Source: Mobula hypostoma (taxonomy: Eukaryota). Taken from it: a stretch of DNA of 64,000 bases. Location: contig NC_086097.1 in assembly GCF_963921235.1 (NCBI RefSeq), positions 13,640,001-13,704,000 on the forward strand. The letters run 5' to 3'. A program made the translations under genes and the position numbers. The notes beneath the pieces were generated by a model. The model did no database searches. It had not been told where the DNA came from and saw only the letters and a list, made by a program, of their open reading frames with translations. This document shows positions 1 to 11,007 of the stretch, in pieces. Every line of letters begins with the position of its first letter. The first letter of the stretch is position 1.

Positions 1-346
1 AAAAATGCACAATACTCTTAAGGAACATGATACAATAGATGCAAAGATAATGTTTCCCAACGGTTGATAGAAGCAAGGTAAAGGGTCAGACATTCAGGAG
101 AGAGGTGAAAGGCAATTTCTTCATTCCGAAAGTGATGCATCTTAGGAAATCTCAACTCTAAAGGAGGGAGAGTTACTGCATGTCATTAGGACAAAGGTCG
201 ATAGATTTTTAGATATTAAGTGAATTAAGGCATATGGAGTTACTGCGGGAAAGTGATGCTGAGGTAAAGGATCTGCCATGATTTTATTGATTTACACAGC
301 AAACAGGAGGGTTCAAAACATTCCGTCCTGTCTCCTAGATCCTTAC
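1..346 (+). mobile_element. Degenerate CR1 LINE 3' end
   Basis: Resembles the better-preserved CR1 3' end at 50280-50663 (GATAGATTTTTAGATATTAAG...GATCTGCCATGATTTTATTGA). Confidence 0.6.
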
Positions 347-707
347 TTTTGAGTATAGCATTCACATTAATGTACATTTATTGAGTAATCGCAATTCAGT
401 GTTTTTAAAAAACCCCAGTCAAAATTCTCTTCAAAGCATTTCCAAATATGCTAGGCAGCAGAATGCAAAAAGGTCAGCCAACATGTAAGAAACGTACTTC
501 AGAAGTTTGTTGGTTATAAAGTTGTGAAAGAACTGTGCGATGGACCACGTGTCATTTCTTATGTTTTTCAAAGGGTAATATATGAAACTGTACATCAGTG
601 CCTTTAATTTGTGGTAAATTAACCATTATCCACAACAGAATCAATTAAATTGATCTTTCATGAGCTCCAAATTGGAATATGCTGATAATTGAATTCTGAT
701 TGACATA

Positions 708-1169
708 CGCTCAGTGACCATTTTATTAAGTATTTGCTGTCCCTAACAAAGGGGCTTCCGAGTGTATGTCGATGGTCCTCTGCTGCTGTAACCAGTCTGG
801 CCGTTCTCCTCTGACCTCTCTCATTAACAAGGCATTGTCACCCACAGATCTGCCACTAATTGGATTATTTTAAAAATTTTTTTGCACCATTCTCTGTAAA
901 CTCTATACAGTTGTGTGTGAACATCCCAGGAGATCAGCTGTTTCTGAGATACTCAAACCACCCCATCTGACACCAATAATCAATCCACAGTCAAAATCTC
1001 TTGGTTCATATTTCTTCCCAATTCTGATGATTGGTCTGAACAACAACTGAAACCCTTGATCATATCTGTATGTTTTTATGCATTGAGTTACTGCTTCCTG
1101 ATTGGCTGATTAGATATTTGCATTAACGAGCAGATGTACAAGTGTACCTAACAAAGTGGCTTCTGAGTG
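708..1169 (-). mobile_element. Non-autonomous Tc1/mariner element (internally deleted; N-terminal transposase remnant)
   Basis: TA at 706-707 and 1170-1171. Decayed TIRs CGCTCAGTGACCATTTTATTAAGTA and GTACCTAACAAAGTGGCTTCTGAGTG. Interior homologous to the 10304-10495 HTH remnant. A third, internal TIR copy lies at about 741-766. Confidence 0.85.
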
Positions 1170-1274
1170 TACTATTCTTTAATATATTAACTGAATTTAA
1201 AAGCCTACATAATAAAGAGTTTGAACTGCTTTTATAATCTGATGGGATTATGAAGAAACTTATTCTTTATTACA

Positions 1275-2440
1275 CCAGGCAGCATCTCTAGGAAGAGGTA
1301 CAATCGACGTTTTGGGCCAAGACCCTTCATCAGGACTAACTCAAATAAGAGTTATTAAGTGATTTGAAAGTAGGAGGGGGAGGGAGAGATCCGAAATGAT
1401 AGGCGAAGACAGGAGGGGGAGCGATGAAGCTAAGAGCTGGAAAGTTGATTGGCAAAAGGGATATGACAGAATCATTCTTACTCTAATGGCTAGAAGATCC
1501 ATTTTGCTGAATTGGAAAGAGATTAACCCTCCTACTGTATTAATTTGGAAAAAAATCAGAAGTGCGGTTTATGACCCTTCCATTAGATTTGAAAAAACTT
1601 GGAGGCCATTCATTCAGCATTTTTATTTGATGTAATTTGACCATTTCCAAACTTGTTTTATTTCTCTGTACTGTTGGTTGAGAGGAATGGAGTCGTCGAC
1701 ACTAAAGTTTTCTTCTTTCCCATTTTCAAGTTGTTAGTATTGCCCAAGTCTTTTAGTTTAGTTGACTAATTCTGTTTAGTTTAGTTTTTTTTTAGGATGG
1801 GTTTTTTTTTCTATTTTTTTTCTTTTTCATGATTTTTCTTCTTTTTTTTGCTTTGTATTATTCATTGTTATTCTACACGATTGGGAGTTTCGTCAATTTA
1901 TACTATCTGGTTTTACAATTACTCATTTTAAGTGTAACAATGTATCTCCTACTACTTGTATTTTTGCTTTGTTATGTTTTCATTCTATGAAATTAATAAA
2001 AAGATTGAAAAATAAAGAAAGAGAGGATCATGGGACGGGAGGCTTAGAGAGAAAGAAAAGGGGGAGGGGGTAAGCCCAGAGGATGGGTAAGGAGTATAGT
2101 CAGAGGGACAGGGGGAGAAAAAGAAGAGAGAGAAAAAATATACATATATAATAATAAATAAATAACGGATGGGGTATGAAGGGGAGGTGGGGCATTAACG
2201 GAAGTTAGGGAAGTCAATATTCACGCCATCAGGTTGGAGGCTACCCAGACGGAACATAAGGTGTTGTTCCTCCAACCTGAGTGTGGCTTCATCTTGACAG
2301 TAGAGGAGGTGTAGGTGTTCAGCGAAATGGTCTCCCAGCCTGCGTCGGGTCTTGCCAATATATAGAAGTCAGCACCAAGAGCACCGGACGCAGTATATCA
2401 CCCCAGCCGACTCACAGGTGGAGTGTCGCCTCACCTGGAA
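1275..2440 (-). mobile_element. Penelope-like element (Neptune-type) 3' fragment, interrupted by L1
   Basis: Same sequence as 38480-39170 (GIY-YIG C-terminus plus 3' region). About 90 bp deleted at 2309/2311. Confidence 0.9.
1470..2020 (+). mobile_element. 5'-truncated L1-clade LINE (ORF2 C-terminus, T-rich 3' UTR, A-rich tail)
   Basis: Peptide ARRSILLNWKEINPPT...KIR...FEKTWRPF ending at 1635 is typical of fish L1 ORF2 ends. AATAAA at 1995-2000 and A-rich tail. Possible TSD GACAG (1465-1469)/GAGAG (2021-2025). Confidence 0.8.
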
Positions 2441-3084
2441 GAACACCTACGTTCTGTCTGCCAGAGAAAGCAGGATCTCCCAGTGGCCACACATTTTCAT
2501 TCCACGTCCCATTCCCATTCTGATATGTCTATCCACGGCCTCCTCTACTGTCAAGATGAAGCCACATTCAGGTTGGAGGAACAACACCTTATATTCCGTC
2601 TGGGTAGACTCCAACCTGATGGCATGAACATTGACTTTTCTAACTTCTGTTAATGCCCCTCCTCCCCTTCGTACCCCATCCGTTATTTATTTATTATTAT
2701 ATATATTTTTTGCTCTCTCTCTTTTTCTCCCTCTGTTTCTCTCACTATACTCCTTGCCCATCCTCTGGGTTTTCCCCACCTCTCCCTTTTCTTTCTTCCT
2801 AAGCCTCCCATCCCATAATCCTCTCATATCCCTTTTGCCAATCAATTCTCCAGCTCTTAGCTTCATCCCTCCCCCTCCTGTCTTCTCCTATCATTTCCGA
2901 TCTCCCCTCCCCCTCCCACTTTCAAATCTCTTACTAGCTCTTCTTTCAGTTAGTCCTGACGAAGGGTCTCGGCCCGAAGCGTCGACTGTACCTCTTCTTA
3001 GAGATGCTGTCTGGCCTGCTGCGTTCACCAGCAATTTTTATGTATGTTGCTTGAAATTCCAGCATCTGCAGATTTCCTTGTGTT
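2441..3084 (+). mobile_element. Penelope-like element (Neptune-type) 3' fragment, inverted relative to its neighbour
   Basis: ORF 2423-2653 EHLRSVCQRKQDLPVATHF...LEEQHLIFRLGRLQPDGMNIDF is the GIY-YIG C-terminus. Hammerhead remnant at 2952-2987 has GAAA mutated to GAAG. Confidence 0.9.
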
Positions 3085-3129
3085 TTATGATTCTTTATTG
3101 GTGGGATTAGAGACCAGAGTGGACTTTAT

Positions 3130-3790
3130 AACCGCAGGATATCTCAAATTTTGTGCTAATAAAGTAGAGTTCCTGTTGTAGTAGAAAACAGGCACAGCTA
3201 AATTTGTGCGCAGTAAGATCCAAGTTCAAGTTTAATTGTCATTAAACTGTACACATGTATACGGCTAAGTGAAACAGTATTCCTCTGGGGCTATGGTGCA
3301 AAGCACAGTGCATGCAAACATACGCAGCTCACAGCACATGACACATACAGCTACATAAGCGTATACTGTCAGAAAAAAAATAACATCTGTCCAAATCCTT
3401 GAGTGTCATAGCCTGTAGATGCATGGTGCATGGGATATTGTTTCAGAGCCATTCTTCTGCAAGGGCAAGCACACAGCAGTTCCTTATATTGCACTAATGC
3501 TGCTGCATATAAACACAATCGCACAAATTTTTAATGCAATAAATGATTCAGTAATCTGTTTGAGTGCTGGTGGTGGAGGTAAGAATAATAATTGTAATAG
3601 AGAAATAATTGTTCTTCTCTCTTTAGTATCTTTGATATCAATCTGAGATGACAGATGTGATCTCAATTTAATATCTCATCTGAAATATGACATCTTCAAC
3701 AATGCATCGTTCCCTCAGCAATGGAGATCAACCTGGAATTCATCCAAAGAATGTTTCAAACCCACACTGCCCTGATGCATAAGCAAAGGT
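3130..3790 (-). mobile_element. Ancient Deu-domain SINE (SacSINE1/AmnSINE-like), split by a younger insertion at about 3223-3480
   Basis: TTTAATATCTCATCTGAAA...TCCCTCAGCA resembles the Deu domain. AAATTTGTGCGCAGTAAGATCC mirrors the + strand piece at 55415-55445. Confidence 0.45.
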
Positions 3791-4039
3791 ATTTCAATGA
3801 ACAAGGCTTAACACTAGTACAATCTACATTGACAGGAATCTTTCGTCATCGTGGACAATACAGTGCATGGATGTTGTCACGATTTTGAATAATGGCTTAA
3901 TACATGTTAACTAATGCAGATTAAATGAAGCATCAATTAAAATGTTTGTTAGTTTAAAGGAGCCGTTAATATTTCCCCAAGTCATTTGTACTCATTATCG
4001 TTTCAGGTATTATCAGTTCAGGAATTTTACATGCCTACA

Positions 4040-4440
4040 AAGTTCAAAGCTCAAGGGTCAAACTAAATTTATTATCAAAATATGCACAGAAGACTATGCA
4101 CTATATCTTGAGAATCATCTTCTTACAGACACCCACAAACCATAGAAACTCAACAAAGTCCACGAAAAACCCACTCACAACAAAGACTGACAAATGTCCA
4201 ATGTGTGAGAAAAAAGAATAAATCATGTAAACAATAAAAATGTAAACAAATAATACATAGAACGTGAACTGCACGGTCGCTGAAATTGAGTCCACAGGCT
4301 GTGGAATCAGTTCAGCACTGAGGTGGGTGAAGCTGGTCCTGGAGCCCGATGACTGCAAAGAAACAACTGCTCCCGTACCTGATGGTGTGGAGCTCAGACT
4401 CCTGGACGTCTCAAGAAGAGAGGGAGACAGGTCTGATGCG
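4040..4440 (-). mobile_element. Non-autonomous retroposon with (ACTTTGA)n Rex1/Babar-type tail
   Basis: Tail AAGTTCAAAG...TAAATTTATTATCAAA. The same tail family recurs at about 6760-7110(+), 15620-15750(+), 22760-22945(+), 29160-29340(-), 31576-31880(-), 37568(-), 46025-46252(+) and 62330-62540(+). Confidence 0.6.
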
Positions 4441-5147
4441 GGCAAGGAGGAATGGGCTCAGGTGGTGGATCTTGGCTGACATGAATCTTGGTTTAGAAGA
4501 AGATGTATCCAAAGGAGAATCACTGGTATTGATGACAGTTGTAATATTGGAAACTGTAAATCTAAATTATCCATTTGCAAGCAAGGCTGGTCACGGGGAA
4601 TGAAAACTTGACAAAACTGTCTCAGTTTACTCAAGTGCTTGACCCAGCTACGTTTTCAGATCGTACGGTGCTTGGCCAAAGAAAATGGCAAACACCATAA
4701 AAGGGGCTGCCATTTTAACTTTAATTTTAGGAACCCACGTGTAGTCATTTGCCAGATGAGGTAGAGATTATCTGTGCATTCAGAATTGTCCTAATGGCTG
4801 ACAGGCGGCAACAAGATTTCAGGATGAGAGGTAGTATTGGAAACCATGCCTTGCTTTGGAGTTGTCTGTTATCTATTGCCATTTTGGGCCATATTACTGG
4901 TTAGAACCAACTCAGCAGATGACCAGGACTTCTAAAATTTCTGCTCAGCAAAGCACCAATCCTATGGCAAATGTGCTCCACATCAAGGATAATGCAATCC
5001 TCTACACTTTTTTCAGCATTTAGCAGATTTTTTTTGCTTTAATTTATCTGAATTGATTTAAAAATATATAATCCCTTTGATTGTTTCCCAACATATTTAA
5101 GCATTTCCCCTCGTAGTTTCAATAATTTTATTCTTTTCAGTAGTATT

Positions 5148-5540
5148 TCAGAATCAGAATCAGGTTTAATATGACCTGCATTTTTTTGTCTTTACTGCAG
5201 CTATACAATACATAATGACAGTAAAAAACATGAATTACGGAAAGTATATATATCAATTAAGTAGTACAAAACTAGAAATAAAAAAGTAATGAAGTAGTGT
5301 TCATGATTTCAATGTACATTCAGAAATCGGATGGCAGAGGGTAAGAAACTGTTCCTGACTAGTTAAGTGTGTGCCTTCAGGCTCCTGTACCTCCTTCCTG
5401 ATGGTAGCAATGAGAATAGGGCATGACCTGGGTGATGAGGGTCCTTATTGATGAACGTCACCCTTTTAAGCATCGCTCTTTGAAGGTGTCCAAGATACTA
5501 CGAGGGTATTGCCCATGATGGAGCTGACTAAGTTTAAAGC
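5148..5540 (-). mobile_element. Rex1/Babar LINE 3' fragment
   Basis: (AGAATC)n tail. Antisense encodes an IKDPHHPGHALFSLLPSGRRYRSL-like C-terminus. Confidence 0.8.
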
Positions 5541-5874
5541 TCTTTACAGCTTATTTCAGATGTGATCTCACCAGAGCATGGTATAATTGAAGCATAACCT
5601 TCTTACTTTTGCATTCAAAGATCATCAACCACCCCCCCACCCACCCGCCCCGTCCGGGCAATGTCATCTTCTTGCGGTTACCATAAGGTGAAAGTTACAG
5701 AAGCCTGAAGTACACCACTAGTTTCAAGAACAGCTACTTCCCTTCAGTCATTCATTTCTTGAATCAAACTGCAAAATGCTGATCGCCAGAATTTAGCAGA
5801 ACCATGACCACTTTGAACATATTGCACTAAAAAAAATCTTGTCAGAATTGTGTTCTTTTTGGTAAATGTATGTA

Positions 5875-6095
5875 TTTATTTATTTATTTTGAGATTCAGT
5901 GCAGAACAGACAATTCAAGCCCAAAGAGCCACACTGCCCAGCAACCCACCTACTTAACCCTACCAAACCACAGGACAATTTACAATGACCGATTAACCTA
6001 CTGACCACTATGTCTTTGATCGTGGGAGGAGACTAGTGCATCCAAAGAAAACCCGCAGGGTCACAGGCAGAACGTACAAACTCCTTACAGGTGGT
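5875..6095 (-). mobile_element. V-domain SINE fragment (HE1-like)
   Basis: GTGGGAGAGACTAGTGCATCCAAAGAAAACCC...CGTACAAACTCCTTACAG is the antisense V domain. Confidence 0.65.
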
Positions 6096-7489
6096 GCTTC
6101 AATATATATGTTTGACCTGCAAACTTGTCTTTTGCGAGTCATATACATATTAATACAAAGACTTCTCAGACAACACCTTCAAAGCCCATAACCTTTCCCA
6201 GCTAGATTTACAAAGACAGTAAAAGCAAGGGGAGATGACCTTTCGAGGCACACACCATCCTCACTTCTTTCACCATCACTGGGCCAAAATTCCTGGAACT
6301 CCCTTCCCAGCAGCATTATGGATAGACCTACATTCAGGGATTGCAGCCGTAGAAGACATCAGCTCACCAGCATCCTCTCAAGGGCAACTAGGGATGGGCA
6401 CCCACCTGGCTTCACCTATCACCTTCTAGCTTGTCCTCCTTCCCCTCTCCAAACATGTGTTTATGGGCAATTAAACATAAAGGCTCAGTCTTTGAAGCTC
6501 ACATCCTTTCTTTGTATATATATATAAAAGAAACAGATAGCAACTCTGTGACCTCTAAATATTTAGATTGTTTTTATCTATATGGACATTTTCACATTTT
6601 CTCTCATTATATTCCATTTCATGGACATATGAGCTCTCACTAAACCTATTAATATCCCTCTACAGTCTCCTTGTGTCTTTCTCATAAAATGCCTTCCAAC
6701 CTGCCTTTAGATCATCATTGTTTCCTGGAAGTTTGTAACAGAGTTTTATGGATAGATTGCAAATCAGGCTTTGGGTTCTGGAGGCCAGGGTTGGTCTAGT
6801 TTTGCTCGCAGCTCCACAATGTTTGCTCTGCAGTCCATTGCACTACGCCTGAGGCCGTGGGCCTGCACTGGCTGTTCCGGGCTTTGTGTCTATGCATTCA
6901 CCTCATTCTGAATGCTGTTACTTGCTTTTATTGTTTGCCCAATTTGTGTTCTTTTCTCTCTCTCTGCACATTGGGTGTTTGTTGCTCTTTTTTAAAATGG
7001 GTTCTTTTGAGTTTTTTGTGGCTGCCTATAATCAGATGAATTTCAAGGTTGTATAATATATACATACTTTGATAATAACTGTACTTTGAACTTCTGAACT
7101 TTGAACTTTTTAATGCCCTTGAAAAAAATTGATAGCCCATAAGGCTGGGCTTAAGCTGGGTCTAAGTAAGTCTCAAGGTAATTCTGGAGGTAGGGAATGT
7201 TCAAGGTATTTGTAAAGGGCTACCATCAGCCAAATTCCAGCTTCCCAGTGGAAGTCTGCACTGGAGACCACGAGGCAACAGTGGCTTTCGAGACCAGACA
7301 GCCAGAAATCTCAAGCAGCTTCAGTGGTGGTTGGTCATTCTGGGGGCAATAGGACAAGGGTCCTGCTAGACAGGGACTGAAGGAGAAGAAAGTAAAAGGA
7401 AAAAAAACATGGAAATGATAAAACACTTCCCCAGGAAAGTAAGGTGTGCAGCCTATAATTTATCAAATATTTTTTCATAACATTTTGGG

Positions 7490-7716
7490 AGTGGCACTGT
7501 AGTGTAGTGGTTAGCACATCACTTTACAATGGCAGCGACCTGCTGCTGTCTGTAAGGAGTCTGTATGTTTTCCCCATGATCACATGAGTTCTCTCGGGGT
7601 GCTCTGGCTCCCTCCCACATTCCAATGATGTACGGGTTGATTGGTCACATGGCGGTAACTGGGTGGCACAGGCTCGTTAGGCCGGAAGGGCCTGTTACTG
7701 AGCTGTATCTCTAAAA
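7490..7716 (+). mobile_element. tRNA-derived V-domain SINE (HE1-like)
   Basis: A-box-like TAGTGTAGTGGTTAGC, V domain GGGTGCTCTGGCTCCCTCCCACA, tail GAAGGGCCTGTTACTGAGCTGTATCTCTAAA. Further copies at about 12062-12300(+), 26140-26385(-), 36155-36435(-), 45610-45790(+) and 52940-53395(-). Confidence 0.75.
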
Positions 7717-8149
7717 AAATCACTTCTGAACATGCAAATGGCAGGTAATAAATATTTATAGTATGTAAGTGATCATTCAGCCTGGTTGAGAGGACAAGGG
7801 ATCAAGTCAGTCCTAAGTCCAGCCTGGTGGAGGAGAGTAGGTCTGAGCACATCGGTAGGGTTGGCATCATTTTCTCTACAATGTCATAGCCATTGATTCA
7901 GGAGTGTTAAACAGCCTAATACTTTTTCTGGGAAATGGAAGGGCACTATGATTTTGTCTCTCTGCTTTATCCAACATGATGTATTGTATACCAATGTTTC
8001 TTCTATTGTTTGGAAGAAATTAGGGCAGGTTAAAATCGACACAACATTGTGGGCCAAATGGCCTGATTTGTGTTTTACTGTTCTAAATTCTATGTTTAAA
8101 AGCAGTATCTGCATTTTAGTGACAGAAGCACCAACAGGATTTCAAATTC

Positions 8150-8293
8150 TTACCATTTCCAACTCTTGTTCTAATAAAGGGTCTTGGCCTGAAAAGTCGA
8201 CTGTTTATTCAAAGATGCGGCCTGACCTGTTGAGATCCTCCCCCACATTGTGTGTGTTGCTCTGGATTTCCAGCATCTGCAGGATCTCTCATG
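8150..8293 (+). mobile_element. Short Penelope-derived 3' fragment with decayed hammerhead
   Basis: AAGGGTCTTGGCCTGAAAAGTCGACTG...GATGCGGCCTGACCTG...TTCCAGCATCTGCAG. Confidence 0.75.
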
Positions 8294-9320
8294 CTCAGTA
8301 TTTCCAACTCTTTGCCATGTCTGCACCAATTAAGAGTTTGGGTTTCTCCAGTATTTTGAATCGTTCTCCACCACCGGACAATTCAATGGGTTGTGAATAT
8401 TGGAGCCATAATCCCAGTAACACTGTGTTACTTTTGAATTCTGACTTTCTCTGTGAAATTATAAGATGCCTATTATGTTGCTGCTGTTCTCCTCTCCACT
8501 GCAACACACTTACAGCTCAAAAACAGGTCTTGCAGCCGCATAGGCCTTTGTCAGGCTTTATTTCCCTCTGTTTCATTCTCCCTGTGTGTTTATCCTCCTC
8601 TCCCTGAAGCTCCCCACATTATCATGAATTTTACAACATTATCCCACACTGAGGAAAAAGGTCCCTCCTGAACTCCTGTTGAATTTATTAGTAGCTACCT
8701 TACATTTATGTTTTTACTGCTTCTCTCACAATTCATTCAAAGCATTTCATGCATTTGAATTTTGGATTAATTTTAAAGTTACGAGGTTTTAATTATTTTA
8801 AATATATAAATTATTTGTTTCCACTTCACAGATAAAAGATGTTAAATACCCATGGCTGAATGGACCCATCAAATCATTTACCTGATCTACATATTAGTTA
8901 ACTGTGTTACGGTGGATGAATCGGGGTAAAGTAACAGACATTTCAATTTATACTTTTTAGTTTCACTGCCAACTGTAGTACCTACAGAATTCAGTAGAAG
9001 AGGCAACTAAGCATAAAACATTTGGGAACCAAAGCCTGATGCCCTTAGAGCAACATTATAGCTTCCTTCTTTATACATACAGTACATGCATGTATTTCTA
9101 GTCTTATTACACGCACACACACATACACACACACAATATATATACATATATACAGTGACCACTCTATTAGATGCCTCCTGTACTGAACATAGTAGCTAGA
9201 GTGTATGCTCACGATTTTTTGCTGTTGTAGCTGATCCACTTCAAGGTTCGATGTGTTGTGCTCTTCTGCACACCACTGTTGTAAAATGGGGTTACTTGAG
9301 TTCCTGTCAGCTTGAACCAG

Positions 9321-9930
9321 CTGAACACTCTCCGCCAGAGAAAGCAGGATCTCCCAGCGGCCACACATTTTAATTCCACATTCCATTCCCATTCTGATAT
9401 GTCTATCCACGGCCTCCTCTACTGTAAAGATGAAGCCACACTCAGGTTGGAGGAACACCTTATATTCCGTCTGGGTAGCCTCCAACCTGATGACATGAAC
9501 ATTGACTTATCAAACTTCCGCTAATGCCCCACCTCACCCTCGTACCCCATCCATTATTTATTTATATACACAAATTCTTTTTCTCTCTCTCCTTTTTCTC
9601 CCTCTGTCCCTCTCACTATACCCCTTGCCCATCCTCTGGGCTTTTTTTCCCCCTCCCCCTTTTCTTTCTCCCTAGGCCTCCTGTCCCATGATCCTGTCAT
9701 ACCCCTTTTGCCAATCACCTGTCCAGCTCTTGGCTCCATCCCTCTCCCTCCTGTCTTCTCCTATCATTTCAGATCTCCTCCTCCTCCTCCCACTTTCAAA
9801 TCTCTTACTAGCTCTTCCTTCAGTTAGTCCTGACGAAGGGTCTCGGCCCGAAACGTCGATTGTACTTCTTCCTCGAGATGCTGCCTGGCCTGCTGCGTTC
9901 ACCAGCAACTTTGATGTGTGTTGCTTGAAC
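9321..9930 (+). mobile_element. Penelope-like element (Neptune-type) 3' fragment
   Basis: ORF 9312-9524 is the GIY-YIG C-terminus. Carries an intact hammerhead core. Confidence 0.9.
9826..9861 (+). ncRNA. Minimal type I hammerhead ribozyme motif (PLE-associated)
   Basis: AGTC-CTGACGA-A-GGG(TCTCGG)CCC-GAAA-CGTC-GATT: helix I AGUC/GAUU, intact core, palindromic ACGU helix III. Predicted cleavage after C9857. Confidence 0.8.
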
Positions 9931-9950
9931 GCTCTCCTCTGATCTCTTTA

Positions 9951-10286
9951 TCCATCGTTGAGGATCCTCACCACCCAGGACACCCCCCCCCCACCTCCAC
10001 ACTGTTACCATCGGAAAGAAGGTACAGAAGCCTGAAGGCAATTCAGGAACAACTTCTTCCCCTTTACCATCCGATTTCTAAATGGACATTGAACTATGAA
10101 CACTAGCTCACTTTTTTAAAAATTTCTGTTTTGTACACTACTTGTTTTAACTACTTAATAGACATATCTTTACTTAATGTAACTCAGTCGTTTAACTCCA
10201 TACTTATTTATGTATTTCACTGTACTGCTGCTGTAAAGTTAACAAATTTCACAATATAGGTAGGTGATATTAAATCTGACTCTGAT
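9951..10286 (+). mobile_element. Rex1/Babar LINE 3' fragment
   Basis: SIVEDPHHPGH...LLPSERRYRSLK. Tail TAAATCTGACTCTGAT. Confidence 0.8.
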
Positions 10287-10580
10287 TTATTAACAAGGCA
10301 TTTTCACCCACAGAACTCCTGCTCACCAGATTTTTTTTTTTCCATACCATTCTCTTTAAACTCCTGAGATGAAAATCCTAGGCGATCAGCAGTTTCTGAG
10401 ATACTCAAACCACCTTGTCTGAAACGAACAATCACTCCATGGTCAAAGTCACTTAGATCACATTTATTCCCCATTCTGATGTTTGGTCTGAACAATAATT
10501 GAACCTCTTGACCATGTCTGCATGCTTTTATACATTGAGCTGCTGCTGCATGATTGGCTAAATAGATATTTGCATTAACA

Positions 10581-11007
10581 ATCAGACTCAGAAACTGATT
10601 TAATATTACTGGCGTGTGTTGTGAAATTTGTTAACTTAGGGGCAACTGTACAATGTAATACATGATAATACAGAAAAAAATAAGTCAATTGCAGTAAGTA
10701 TATATATAAAATAATTAAATTTAAAATAGTGCAAAAACAAAAAGAATATTAAAATATTGAGATAAATTTTATGGGTTCAATATCCTTTTAGGAATCGGAG
10801 GGCAGATTGAAAGAAGTTGTTCCTGAATCGCTACAGGCTTCTGTACCTCCTTCCTGACGGTAACAATGAGAAGAGGGCATGTCCTGGGTGATGGGGGCCC
10901 TTAATAATGGATGCCACCTTTCTGAGGCACCGCTCCTTGAAGATGTCTTGAATACTACGGAGGCTAGTGTCTAAGATGGAGCTGACTAATTTTACAACTT
11001 TCTGTAG
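10581..11007 (-). mobile_element. Rex1/Babar LINE 3' fragment
   Basis: ORF 10831-11115 RCLRKVASIIKGPHHPGHALFSLLPSGRRYRSL. Confidence 0.85.

Noticed and set aside
7948..8607. Longest ORF (219 aa)
   Set aside because: No recognisable family; it reads through a non-coding Penelope-derived fragment, so it is likely a chance ORF.
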